From: Acidobacteriota bacterium
Lineage (GTDB): Bacteria; Acidobacteriota; UBA6911; RPQK01; JAPXNP01
DNA: 64,000 nt
Assembly (NCBI GenBank): GCA_037388505.1
Contig: JARRKC010000013.1
Coordinates: 9,999 to 73,998 of the forward strand
Reading direction: 5' to 3'
A program made the translations under genes and the position numbers. Of this stretch, positions 20,220 through 29,208 are shown piece after piece. The notes below the pieces were generated by a model, which saw only the letters and a list, made by a program, of their open reading frames with translations, was not told the DNA's origin and made no database searches. Position 1 is the first letter of the stretch; each line of letters begins with the position of its first letter.

Positions 20220-20837
20220 ATGGCCGTCCTCGTTGGTCAGAAAGCCCCTGATTTCGCCGCTCCCGCTTACCAAAACGGCGGTTTTTCCACAGTGAAACTC
20301 TCCGATTTCCTGGGTAAATGGGTTCTGCTCTGTTTCTACCCCGGTGACTTTACCTTCGTCTGAGCGACCGAAGTGTCGGCGGTCGCCGACCAATACAACA
20401 CACTCCAAGACTTGGGCGTAGAAGTCATCTCCGTCAGCGTGGACAGCCATTTCGTTCATAAGATGTGGAACGACCATGAATTGAGCAAAATGGTCTCGGG
20501 TGGTATCCCCTTCCCGATGGCTTCGGATCAGGCCGGCAATCTGGGTCGGGCTTATGGCATCTACGATGAAGCACAGGGCATCGAACTCAGGGGACGCTTC
20601 ATCATCGATCCCGACGGTGTTGTGCAGGCAATGGAGGTGATGACACCGCCTGTGGGACGCCGTATCGGCGAGACCATACGCCAGATCCAGGCCTTTCAGC
20701 AGGTGCGCGCCACGAAAGGCAGTGAAGCGACACCCGCGGGCTGGGAACCCGGACAGCCGACCCTCCACCCGGGTCCCGCTCTGGTCGGAAAAGTCTGGGA
20801 AGTCTGGAATCCTTCCATGGAACGAACCAAACACTGA
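20220..20837 (+). CDS. Peroxiredoxin (AhpC/Prx1 subfamily) with in-frame TGA at the peroxidatic Cys position, read as a putative selenocysteine peroxiredoxin (alternative start 20112)
   Basis: FYPGDFTFV-[TGA 20361-20363][35 protein letters not shown]. The two ORF-track ORFs 20112-20363 and 20373-20837 are in the same frame and together give a complete Prx. AAGGAGG SD precedes both ATG 20112 and ATG 20220. Confidence 0.6.
20364..20386 (+). promoter_or_regulatory. Candidate bacterial SECIS hairpin immediately 3' of the in-frame UGA
   Basis: GCGACCG-AAGUGUCGG-CGGUCGC: 7-bp GC stem, 9-nt loop containing GU. Confidence 0.45.
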
Positions 20838-21148
20838 CCGTGTCTCGCGCCCTTCGGGAGACGGGAAACGGGAGACGGGAATTCCGAATCCCGAATCCCG
20901 AGGGCGTGTTGCCGAAGTCCTTAGGACCTCAGCTCGACCTTGGTACTCGTCCGTCGAGATTTGAAGATCCGACCTCATGGAAGCCGCCACGGACGGCAAT
21001 GGCTCCAGAACAAAGAAATCCTTTGCGCACCTGGCGCTTCTGCGTGAAATCGAGTCGCCGAGGCTTCACACTGTTACCGGGATTCAGGCCAAGTCGGGCC
21101 TGAGGCTATTGGGGCAGCGCGCCCCGTGTCCCGACTTCCGTTTGCCGG

Positions 21149-22111
21149 CTACCAGGTTCGCTCCTTCAGGATTTCCTGAATCTGCTCCTTGGGAACTGGC
21201 AATTCGTCCATGTGGTCCTTGAGCCAGTTGGAAAAGTCTCGTTCGATTTCGGCGGACCAGCGCGTATCGATTTGGCCGGCGGTGTATTTGCCTTCACGCA
21301 ACCGTTCGTGACCGAAAAGGTCTCGAAGTCGCACGATCTCCGAGGTCTTCACAACCTTCTCGGCAAGTTGAGGCGGAATGAAGATGACGCCCCCATCCTT
21401 TCCGAGTACGACGTCACCCGGCATGACGGTCGCGTGGCCGATTCGGATCGGACAATTGATGCCCATCATGGTCGAGTTGAGGTTGGGGCCGAGATTCGAG
21501 AAGTGGTGAGAGGGATCGTAGGAGCGGACGAACGATACGAAGTTGGGCAACTCCTTCAATCCTTCGATATCGCGGATGGCGCCGTTATATACGATTCCGT
21601 TGCCGCTCTTTGCGTAGATTGCATTGCCGACGTTGTCACCGATCGAAGGTCCGTCGACCTTCAACTCGAAATGATCACAGACGTAGACATCACCTGGTTG
21701 GAGTTCATCGACGGGCCAGGCGTTCTGCCCACCGATCCGGCCATCCTGCTTGCCCACTTCCTCGATGACCTTGTGGATGTCGGGTCTTCCCGGCATCCAG
21801 ACTGCCGTCAAGGCCCGCCCCACGAGGGCCTTGTCAGGATGGATGCTCAACCAGCCATCCTCATACTCATGGCGGAAACCCGCGTTGCGAAGAACGGCCC
21901 ACGCCTCTTCCAGGGTGACCGACTTCATCCGCTCGAGAATGCCGTCGGGCACTTTCGGTCGCCCGTCAGGAAAACGTTCCCCCTTCCATTCCGGGGTGTA
22001 CTTGATCAGATCTTCCTTTGAGAAGACCCCCGGCTGCGCAAGCAGGACTGCCCAGGTGAGAGACACCGACAACGCGATGCAGAGCATGACTCGAAGGGCG
22101 TTTCTTTTCAT
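21149..22111 (-). CDS. Secreted RraA/MenG-like (demethylmenaquinone methyltransferase/HMG-aldolase fold) family protein
   Basis: Signal peptide MKRNALRVMLCIALSVSLTWAVLLA; GDVYVCD … GNAIYAKSGNGIVYNGAIRDIEG resembles RraA-family motifs. Start moved to ATG 22111 (SD AAGGAAAG). Confidence 0.45.
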   Translation of the reverse strand: MKRNALRVMLCIALSVSLTWAVLLAQPGVFSKEDLIKYTPEWKGERFPDGRPKVPDGILERMKSVTLEEAWAVLRNAGFRHEYEDGWLSIHPDKALVGRALTAVWMPGRPDIHKVIEEVGKQDGRIGGQNAWPVDELQPGDVYVCDHFELKVDGPSIGDNVGNAIYAKSGNGIVYNGAIRDIEGLKELPNFVSFVRSYDPSHHFSNLGPNLNSTMMGINCPIRIGHATVMPGDVVLGKDGGVIFIPPQLAEKVVKTSEIVRLRDLFGHERLREGKYTAGQIDTRWSAEIERDFSNWLKDHMDELPVPKEQIQEILKERTW

Positions 22112-22353
22112 TTCGACTTTCCTTATTCGGGTGAACGGGCGGGAGAAACCGGCACTGCGGCGCCGGCAACAGACGTGAGTGAACGTCGGGAATCCAAGGG
22201 GCTCCTTCCGAATCGAGACGAGAGTCACGAAACCGGTTTGATGGTAGACCACGAGCCAGCTTCTGGCAAGAGACCGGCCGGCGCTCGCCCCCCGGGATCG
22301 CGCTTTGCCTGCAACAGGACTTGATATGCTTGGACCCAAGGAGCCTTGTCGAT

Positions 22354-25300
22354 ATGCGATGTCATCGTCTTCTTTCGTTCGCACTCCCTGCCGTCATCAT
22401 CCCGGCATTACTCGCAACGAGCAGCGAGGCGCAGCCAATGCCCGGGAATCTGTTCCAGGAGATGCACTGGCGGATGATCGGTCCTTTCCGCGGCGGGCGT
22501 ACGCGCGCCATCTCGGGCGTTCCGGGCCAGCCGAATCTCTTCTATATGTGTCCGGTCGACGGTGGTGTCTGGAAATCTGAGGACTCCGGGCGCACCTGGA
22601 CACCCATTTTCGACCAGGAGTCGACCCAGTCCGTTGGTGCTATCGCCGTCGCTCCATCCGACTCCAGGATCATCTATTTGGCCAGTGGCGAGGGACTGGC
22701 ACGTCCCGATTTGTCGGTGGGAAACGGCATCTACAAGTCGACCGACGCCGGACGGACGTGGGTGCATCTGGGGCTTCGCGACGGCCAGCAGATTCCGGCT
22801 CTCGTCGTGGATCCGCGCGATCCCGACCGCCTGTTTGCAGCGGTGCTCGGACATCCCTACGGACCGAACGCCGAGCGTGGTGTCTTCCGTTCGACGAACG
22901 GCGGCCAAACCTGGGTGAAGGTCCTCTATCAGAACGAGAACATCGGAGCCTATGATGTGGACCTGGATCCGGGCAACCCCGACGTGGTCTACGCTTCACT
23001 CTGGGAGGAGCGACAGGGACCTTGGGAGTACGACAACCTGTACGGCGGAGAGGCAGGCGGGCTATACAAGTCGACCGACGGTGGCAACACCTGGCATCAG
23101 CTCACGAACGGACTGCCGGAGCACGTCGTCCAACTCAATCTGGCCATCGCCCCCAGCGACCCCAGCCGGCTCTATGCCGTTCTCTCGACGACACTCGAGA
23201 GCCCCTACGAATCGGGCGAAGGCTTGGGCTTCTTCCGCTCAGACGATGCCGGCGCCAGCTGGTACCGAGTGACGACCGATCCCCGACCGGTCATGCTCAT
23301 CGGTGGCGGAGACCTGCCGATGCCCGCTGTGGACCCGAGGAATCCCGATATCGTCTACAGCACTTCCATCGTGACGGTCCGATCAACCGACGGTGGCAGG
23401 ACCTGGACCAGCATACGCGGCGCCCCAGGCGGCGACGACTACCAGAACATTTGGATCAACCCCAACGACCCGAGCATTATCTTTCTGGCCAGCGACCAGG
23501 GAGCGATCATTTCTGTCGACAACGGTCAGTCCTGGAGTTCCTGGTACAATCAGCCGACCGCTCAGCTGTATCACGTTCAAACCAACAACGAGTTCCCCTA
23601 TCAGGTCTGCAGCGGTCAGCAGGAGAGCGGCTCGGTCTGCATTGCCAGCCGCGGCAACGACGGACGGATCACGTTTCGGGACTGGCACCCCGTCGGCGCC
23701 ATCGAATACGGGTACGTGGCCCCGGACCCGCTCGACCCCGATATCGTTTACGGAGCCGGCCGCAACGTCGTCACACGCTATCACCGCCCGACGGGACAAG
23801 TGCAGGATGTCACGCCGATACCGCTGCTGAGCGGCGAGTACCGCGTGGATCGGACCCAACCGATCATCTTCTCTCCGGTCGATCCCCATATTCTGTACTA
23901 TGCCGCGAGCCGGGTTTTCCGGACCGAAGATGGTGGCCGGACGTGGCAGACGGTGAGTCCGGACCTCGGGAGACAGAACCCGGGCATCCCGTCCAGCCTC
24001 GGCACTCTGGCCGATAAAGATCCCGCAGCGGCGAAAAAGCGCGGGGTCGTCTACGCGCTGGGGCCCTCCTTCAAGAGCGTCGACACATTGTGGGCCGGGA
24101 CCGATGACGGCTTGATCTGGGTGACCCGGAACGGAGGCAGCGCCTGGACGAACGTGACCCCTCCGGAGATCACGCCCTGGAGCAAGGTCACGCAGATCAC
24201 CGCCTCCCATTTCGATGACCAGTCGGCCTACGCCTCCGTAAGCCGCTTTCGCGTCGACGACCTGCGGCCCTACATCTACCGCAGCCACGACGGCGGCCGC
24301 TCCTGGGAACTCATCACTGCGGGATTGCCTTCCGATGCTCCCGTGAACGCGGTACGCGAGGACCCCGAACGTCCGGGCTTGTTGTTTGCTGGGACCGAAA
24401 CCGGTGTCTGGGTCTCATTCGACGACGGCGATCATTGGCAGTCGCTTCAGCTCAACTTGCCGCACACTTCGATGCGCGATCTGTGGATCCACGACGACGA
24501 TCTCATCGTCGCCACCCACGGGCGCTCGTTTTGGATTCTGGACGATCTCTCACCCTTGCGACAGATCACTGAAGCGACCGCGGCTCGAGAGGTGGTCCTG
24601 TTCAAGCCGGCCCGCGCCTACCGAGTCCGGCGCGATACGAACACCGACACGCCCCTGCCCCCGGACGTGCCGGCAGGAGAGAACCCTCCCGACGGAGCGA
24701 TTCTCGACTACTATCTTGCTCGCCCTTCGTCCGGCGCCGTGACCCTGGAGATTCTCGATACGAGCGGCAAGCTGGTGCGCCGTTACTCCAGTGAAGACGT
24801 GTACGGCCCCAGTGAGAAGGATCTCAGCAAACAGCTGATCCCTCTCTATTGGCTGCGCCCTCCGAGGGTCCTGTCGACAGACGCGGGAATGCACCGGTGG
24901 ATCTGGGATCTCCGATATCCGGCCCCGGAAGCGACGAATCACTCTTATCCGATTTCAGCGGTCCCCCACGACACTCCGCTATACCCGGTGGGACCACTGG
25001 TGCTTCCAGGGAGGTATGAGGTCCGACTGACGGCAGGCGGGCAAAGTGTGACTCAACCGCTCACCATCGAGATGGATCCTCGAGTCAAGACTCCGCCTTC
25101 CGGACTCGAACAGCAGTTCGAGCTCGAGATGCGTCTGTCGAGTTTGATGAGCGACAGCTCGCACGCGGTCAACGAGGCCCGGTCGATCATCGAGCAGATC
25201 GAAGGTCTGGCGGGGAAGGCAGTCGGCACGTTGAGCGACCAGCTGACCGCTTTGAAGCGGAAGGTAGATGCAGCTCTTCATGGTTCCACGGAGCTTTCCG

Positions 25301-25575
25301 AGTCGACGATCGACCCGACAACGCTCAGCAAGCTGAACAACGAAGTCTCAACGCTTTATGGGATGGTGGGGCAGGCGGACGTAGCGCCCACTCCGGTCCA
25401 GATCCGGGCGGCCCAGGAGCTGGAGGGGGAGTGGCCCGCCCTTCAGAAGCGGTGGGAAGATACGAAAGAGCTGGATCTTGCCAGGGTCAATCATGCTCTG
25501 CAAGCGGCCGGGTTGACCGAGATACGACCCGAAGTGAAGCCCACAACGGAGGCTGCACCAGTCAACCTCGAGTAG
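22354..25575 (+). CDS. Secreted BNR/Asp-box repeat protein (sortilin/VPS10- or GH74-like double beta-propeller)
   Basis: At least 8 S-x-D-x-G-x-T-W Asp-box motifs (DSGRTWT, DAGRTWV, DGGNTWH, DGGRTWT, DNGQSWS, DGGRTWQ, NGGSAWT, DGGRSWE). Confidence 0.7.
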   Translation: MRCHRLLSFALPAVIIPALLATSSEAQPMPGNLFQEMHWRMIGPFRGGRTRAISGVPGQPNLFYMCPVDGGVWKSEDSGRTWTPIFDQESTQSVGAIAVAPSDSRIIYLASGEGLARPDLSVGNGIYKSTDAGRTWVHLGLRDGQQIPALVVDPRDPDRLFAAVLGHPYGPNAERGVFRSTNGGQTWVKVLYQNENIGAYDVDLDPGNPDVVYASLWEERQGPWEYDNLYGGEAGGLYKSTDGGNTWHQLTNGLPEHVVQLNLAIAPSDPSRLYAVLSTTLESPYESGEGLGFFRSDDAGASWYRVTTDPRPVMLIGGGDLPMPAVDPRNPDIVYSTSIVTVRSTDGGRTWTSIRGAPGGDDYQNIWINPNDPSIIFLASDQGAIISVDNGQSWSSWYNQPTAQLYHVQTNNEFPYQVCSGQQESGSVCIASRGNDGRITFRDWHPVGAIEYGYVAPDPLDPDIVYGAGRNVVTRYHRPTGQVQDVTPIPLLSGEYRVDRTQPIIFSPVDPHILYYAASRVFRTEDGGRTWQTVSPDLGRQNPGIPSSLGTLADKDPAAAKKRGVVYALGPSFKSVDTLWAGTDDGLIWVTRNGGSAWTNVTPPEITPWSKVTQITASHFDDQSAYASVSRFRVDDLRPYIYRSHDGGRSWELITAGLPSDAPVNAVREDPERPGLLFAGTETGVWVSFDDGDHWQSLQLNLPHTSMRDLWIHDDDLIVATHGRSFWILDDLSPLRQITEATAAREVVLFKPARAYRVRRDTNTDTPLPPDVPAGENPPDGAILDYYLARPSSGAVTLEILDTSGKLVRRYSSEDVYGPSEKDLSKQLIPLYWLRPPRVLSTDAGMHRWIWDLRYPAPEATNHSYPISAVPHDTPLYPVGPLVLPGRYEVRLTAGGQSVTQPLTIEMDPRVKTPPSGLEQQFELEMRLSSLMSDSSHAVNEARSIIEQIEGLAGKAVGTLSDQLTALKRKVDAALHGSTELSESTIDPTTLSKLNNEVSTLYGMVGQADVAPTPVQIRAAQELEGEWPALQKRWEDTKELDLARVNHALQAAGLTEIRPEVKPTTEAAPVNLE

Positions 25576-25627
25576 AGGCCGCAGTCCTGTTTCTTTTGCA
25601 GTCTGACGAGAGTATTCGGTATCATAG

Positions 25628-26674
25628 GTGAGATTGAGACGAGACGGGTTTCCGGCTTCCACCCGGTTCGAGGACCTGACTGAAGTGACCAAGAGCCTGC
25701 ATTTTCCGCTCAGGCATCTGCCGTTCATTGCAGCGGTAATGGTTCTCCTCACCCTTCCGACCCTGGGCGCGGTCTTGGAGTGTCGCATCGAGATCCCAGC
25801 CGGGCGCCGCCTTCCCGAACATGCTCAGATTGATTTGAGAAACGTTTCCGGCAGTCAGGTCGGCAGCGCTAGCGTTCAGGGCAATGGAACCGCCATATTC
25901 GATCGAGTGCCTGCCGGCTCCTACAGTGTCTCCGTCCGGGCCGAGGGTTTCCTACCGGTGACGCAGGATGTCGAGATTCCGAGCGGATACATCGGCAGCA
26001 GTCTTTTCAGCGTCACGATCCGCTTGAACCCCCAACCCCAGTCGGAGGGTCGGCCGCGAGGAGAGAAGACGGTCTCCGTCCAGTCTCTGAAAGTGCCTCA
26101 GGAGGCGATCGACGAGGTCGAACTCGCCGAGAAAGCCGCCGCAGAGGGAAGCTTTCAGGAAGCCATCGAGCACTGTAAGAAGGCGGTGGAAATCTACCCA
26201 GCGTACTTCCAGGCGTACAACAACCTGGCCGTGTATGAGTATCAGGCGGGCGAACCCGCGAAGGCCGTCGAGTTCTTCGAAAGGGCCCTTGTCTTGAACC
26301 CGGATGCAGTCGGCGCCAACCTGAACCTGGGTCGGGTTCTCATAGACCGGAACCGCCCGCAGGACGCGATTCGCTATCTCGAGCACGCCGCCAAGATCGA
26401 TCCGACGTCATCGCAGGTTCAATATCATCTGGCTCGGGCTTACATCCTCTCGGCTTCACTCTCCCAATCCGTCAAACCACTTCAGCTGGCCCTGGAACTC
26501 CAGCCACCGGTCGAACACGCCCGGTTTCTGCTGGCCCATGTCCTCTATCAACTCGGAGACGCCCCCCGGGCCGTCCAGGAACTCGAGCTTTACCTGAAGA
26601 CCAAGCCGAAAAACGAGCGCGAGCTGAAGCAGACTCTGAAAGCCTGGAAAGCAGCGGCCAAGGGCCAACGCTAG
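25628..26674 (+). CDS. Secreted CarboxypepD_reg-like domain + TPR repeat protein (paralog 1)
   Basis: PAGSYSVSVRAEGF…VEIPSG (carboxypeptidase regulatory-like fold) then TPR repeats (YNNLAVYEY…). GTG start; start uncertain (alternative ATG 25739). Confidence 0.55.
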   Translation: MRLRRDGFPASTRFEDLTEVTKSLHFPLRHLPFIAAVMVLLTLPTLGAVLECRIEIPAGRRLPEHAQIDLRNVSGSQVGSASVQGNGTAIFDRVPAGSYSVSVRAEGFLPVTQDVEIPSGYIGSSLFSVTIRLNPQPQSEGRPRGEKTVSVQSLKVPQEAIDEVELAEKAAAEGSFQEAIEHCKKAVEIYPAYFQAYNNLAVYEYQAGEPAKAVEFFERALVLNPDAVGANLNLGRVLIDRNRPQDAIRYLEHAAKIDPTSSQVQYHLARAYILSASLSQSVKPLQLALELQPPVEHARFLLAHVLYQLGDAPRAVQELELYLKTKPKNERELKQTLKAWKAAAKGQR

Positions 26675-26842
26675 CCCGATCGAAGAGTGATTTGACGCTT
26701 CCTGCGATCAGTGTGAGCACTCTTGAATCCTCATTGAATCGAGACAGAGCCACCTCGGTCTGGCAGGGGCGTCCTCTCCGCCTCGTTCGTTTCCAGTTGC
26801 AGCGAGGTCGGGGATTCCATTAGTCTAGATTCAACGCGTCGA

Positions 26843-27874
26843 ATGCACTTTCGGCTCGATCGCTGCCCGGGAACGGTTTTCGTGATCAAGAGTGCCGCAG
26901 CAGTTTTCATACTTGTCACCGCCCTCGCCACGGCTTGGGCTTTGCCGTTCAAGCACCTCTCCAACCGGATCGTGTGTCACCTCCAACCACCGCCAGGCTA
27001 TCCGATGCCGGACGGCGCGGTCGTCGATCTCAACCTGACCTCGGGTGGGCGAATCGGAACCGGTGACCCGTCCGGCAATGGTAGCTTTACTTTCAGCGAA
27101 TTGCCGCCAGGTCAATACACGATATCGGTGAAGGCGGAGGGATATGAGCCGATCGAACGGGACATCGAGGTTCCAAGCGGGTACCTTCACAACGTCGTTA
27201 ATGTCACTCTTAACCTGACTCCTCGGCCCCAAGCGAGCGGGGCTCCTCCCTCGAAGGAAGAACGAACGGTTGGGATCAAATCGCTGAGAATCCCCGCGGA
27301 TGCATTGGATGAACTCAAAGCCGCGGAGAAGGCGGCTGCCGACAAGAGCTTCGATCAGGCCATCCAGCATGCCGAAAGGGCGCTCGAGTTGTATCCGGAC
27401 TACTTCGAAGCTTATAACAACCTGGCCGTGTACCAGTCCAAGGTAGGGCAGAATGAAAAGGCGGTCTCGCTTTTTCAGAGAGCACTGACTCTCGAGCCCG
27501 ACGCAGTCGGCGCCAGTCTGAATCTGGGCCGAGTGCTCATAGGTTTGAAACGGCCACAGGAGGCGGCCCTCTATCTGCAGCATGCCGCAGACGTCGATCG
27601 AACTTCGTCGGAGATTCAATATCATCTGGCCCGGGCACTGATCCTCTGCCTACGGCTGCCCGACTCGATTCCGCGTTTGAGAATGGCCCTGAAGCTTCAG
27701 CCCCCCGTCAATCATGCCCGGTACCTTTTGGCCAATGTCCTGTATCAACTCGGGGATGTTTCCGAAGCGATACAGGAGATGGAAGCCTATCTCAAGACGA
27801 AGCCCCCCGAAGGGAGCGAATTGAAGCAACAGTTGAGAGCCTGGAAAAAGCTCGCAGCCTCCGCCGGAAAATAG
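26843..27874 (+). CDS. Secreted CarboxypepD_reg-like domain + TPR repeat protein (paralog 2, tandem duplicate of 25628-26674)
   Basis: Roughly half identical and collinear with paralog 1 (…PGQYTISVKAEGYEPIERDIEVPSG…YNNLAVYQSK…QEMEAYLKTKP…). Confidence 0.6.
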   Translation: MHFRLDRCPGTVFVIKSAAAVFILVTALATAWALPFKHLSNRIVCHLQPPPGYPMPDGAVVDLNLTSGGRIGTGDPSGNGSFTFSELPPGQYTISVKAEGYEPIERDIEVPSGYLHNVVNVTLNLTPRPQASGAPPSKEERTVGIKSLRIPADALDELKAAEKAAADKSFDQAIQHAERALELYPDYFEAYNNLAVYQSKVGQNEKAVSLFQRALTLEPDAVGASLNLGRVLIGLKRPQEAALYLQHAADVDRTSSEIQYHLARALILCLRLPDSIPRLRMALKLQPPVNHARYLLANVLYQLGDVSEAIQEMEAYLKTKPPEGSELKQQLRAWKKLAASAGK

Positions 27875-28030
27875 GGCTTAACCGCTGAAGATTGCCTCTC
27901 CGCGATCCTCTTCGCAGAGTCCGCCCGCTGAAGTCTCATCTGCCCATTCTGTTCGGAAGGATGTTAGAATCTCGAACTCGCCGCCGTTCAGGTGGCTCTG
28001 GATTCTCGCGACGCCGGTTACGTGGAGAGG

Positions 28031-29203
28031 ATGAACGGCTTGACGGATTCGACAGCGCGCCAAGATTCGCTACGGAACCACAGTGCGCGACGGGTTCTTA
28101 GCTTGCTGTTCCTCGGGTTCCTGCTGTTCGCTCTGCTCGAAGTCCTGATTTTTCGGCCCGAAGTCTATGGTCGATTCGTGGAACCGCATTCTTACCCGGG
28201 CTACATGGAGATGCTGATCTCAAGGGAGCGCAGCCTGGCACCTGATGACTCTCGGTTCCGAATGACGATCGTTGGAGACTCCAGAATTGCGGAGGGATTC
28301 TCCGAGAAGAGGGCAGAGGAGCTGGAGGAAGGGAGATGGCGATTCATCAATAACGCTATCCCGGGATCGACTCCCCGTGTCTGGTACTACATCCTGCGCG
28401 AAACGGATCCTCGCCGCGACCGCAGCGATTTCGTAGTCATCCCGCTGCAGGACTATCCTGATTTCGATGCCTTCGAGGATCTCTCCGACCGCTTGCTCGA
28501 TCTTCGAATCGCCATCTTTCATTTGGGTCTGTCCGATCTCCCGGGATTAATGCGGTCTTTCGATAACTGGAGTGACCGGTGGCGGGTCTTGCGCACGGTA
28601 CTCCTGAAGGGCGGCACCCTCAAGAAGGATCTTCAGGACCTGCTCAGCGACCCCTGGAGGCGGCTCCATCGAATCGAGCAGTCTCACGAGCGATGGGCCC
28701 GCTCGCGTTACGAATACCCCGGGCGGGAGGGATCTCTAGAAGGACTTCAATATGATCCCTCAACGGGGGAGTTCGTCTTTCCGGCTTCCTTACCGGATCG
28801 ACAGCGCAAGCTGCTCCTGCGCTCGCTCAGTGAGCCTCCCCAGCGCGGTGTGATGCGCCGGTACAGACGGACTTGGCTTACAGCTATCGTTGATTACTAC
28901 CGCAACACCTCGACACATGTGGTCTTCCTCAGAATGCCCCGTGGTCCGGTCGTTGCGCCTTACAGAAGAGGGGCTGGGTCCCGGGGAATAGTGTTCAGGC
29001 TGGCTCGGGAACCGAACGTGGAACTCCTCCCTGAGCATTTGTTCGATGCTCTCGAGCGACCCGGCTACTTCTTTGACAGCGTACACATGAACCGGACCGG
29101 GCGCGAGAAGTTCACAGAGATTCTGGTTCGAACCCTGGAGGAGCTGCAGGCTTCCAGCAACAGCGACCACTCTTCCGTCAACCGCACTGCGACAGGAACA
29201 TAA
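28031..29203 (+). CDS. Membrane-anchored SGNH-like hydrolase/acyltransferase partner of MBOAT (AlgJ/AlgX/PatB/DltD-like)
   Basis: N-terminal TM helix; GDS block (MTIVGDSRIAEGF) and D-x-x-H block (FDSVHMNRTG). Lies immediately upstream of, and is coupled to, the MBOAT gene. Start set at ATG 28031 (GGAGAGG SD); the ORF-track start 27992 is a GTG. Confidence 0.5.
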   Translation: MNGLTDSTARQDSLRNHSARRVLSLLFLGFLLFALLEVLIFRPEVYGRFVEPHSYPGYMEMLISRERSLAPDDSRFRMTIVGDSRIAEGFSEKRAEELEEGRWRFINNAIPGSTPRVWYYILRETDPRRDRSDFVVIPLQDYPDFDAFEDLSDRLLDLRIAIFHLGLSDLPGLMRSFDNWSDRWRVLRTVLLKGGTLKKDLQDLLSDPWRRLHRIEQSHERWARSRYEYPGREGSLEGLQYDPSTGEFVFPASLPDRQRKLLLRSLSEPPQRGVMRRYRRTWLTAIVDYYRNTSTHVVFLRMPRGPVVAPYRRGAGSRGIVFRLAREPNVELLPEHLFDALERPGYFFDSVHMNRTGREKFTEILVRTLEELQASSNSDHSSVNRTATGT

Positions 29204-29208
29204 CAACC

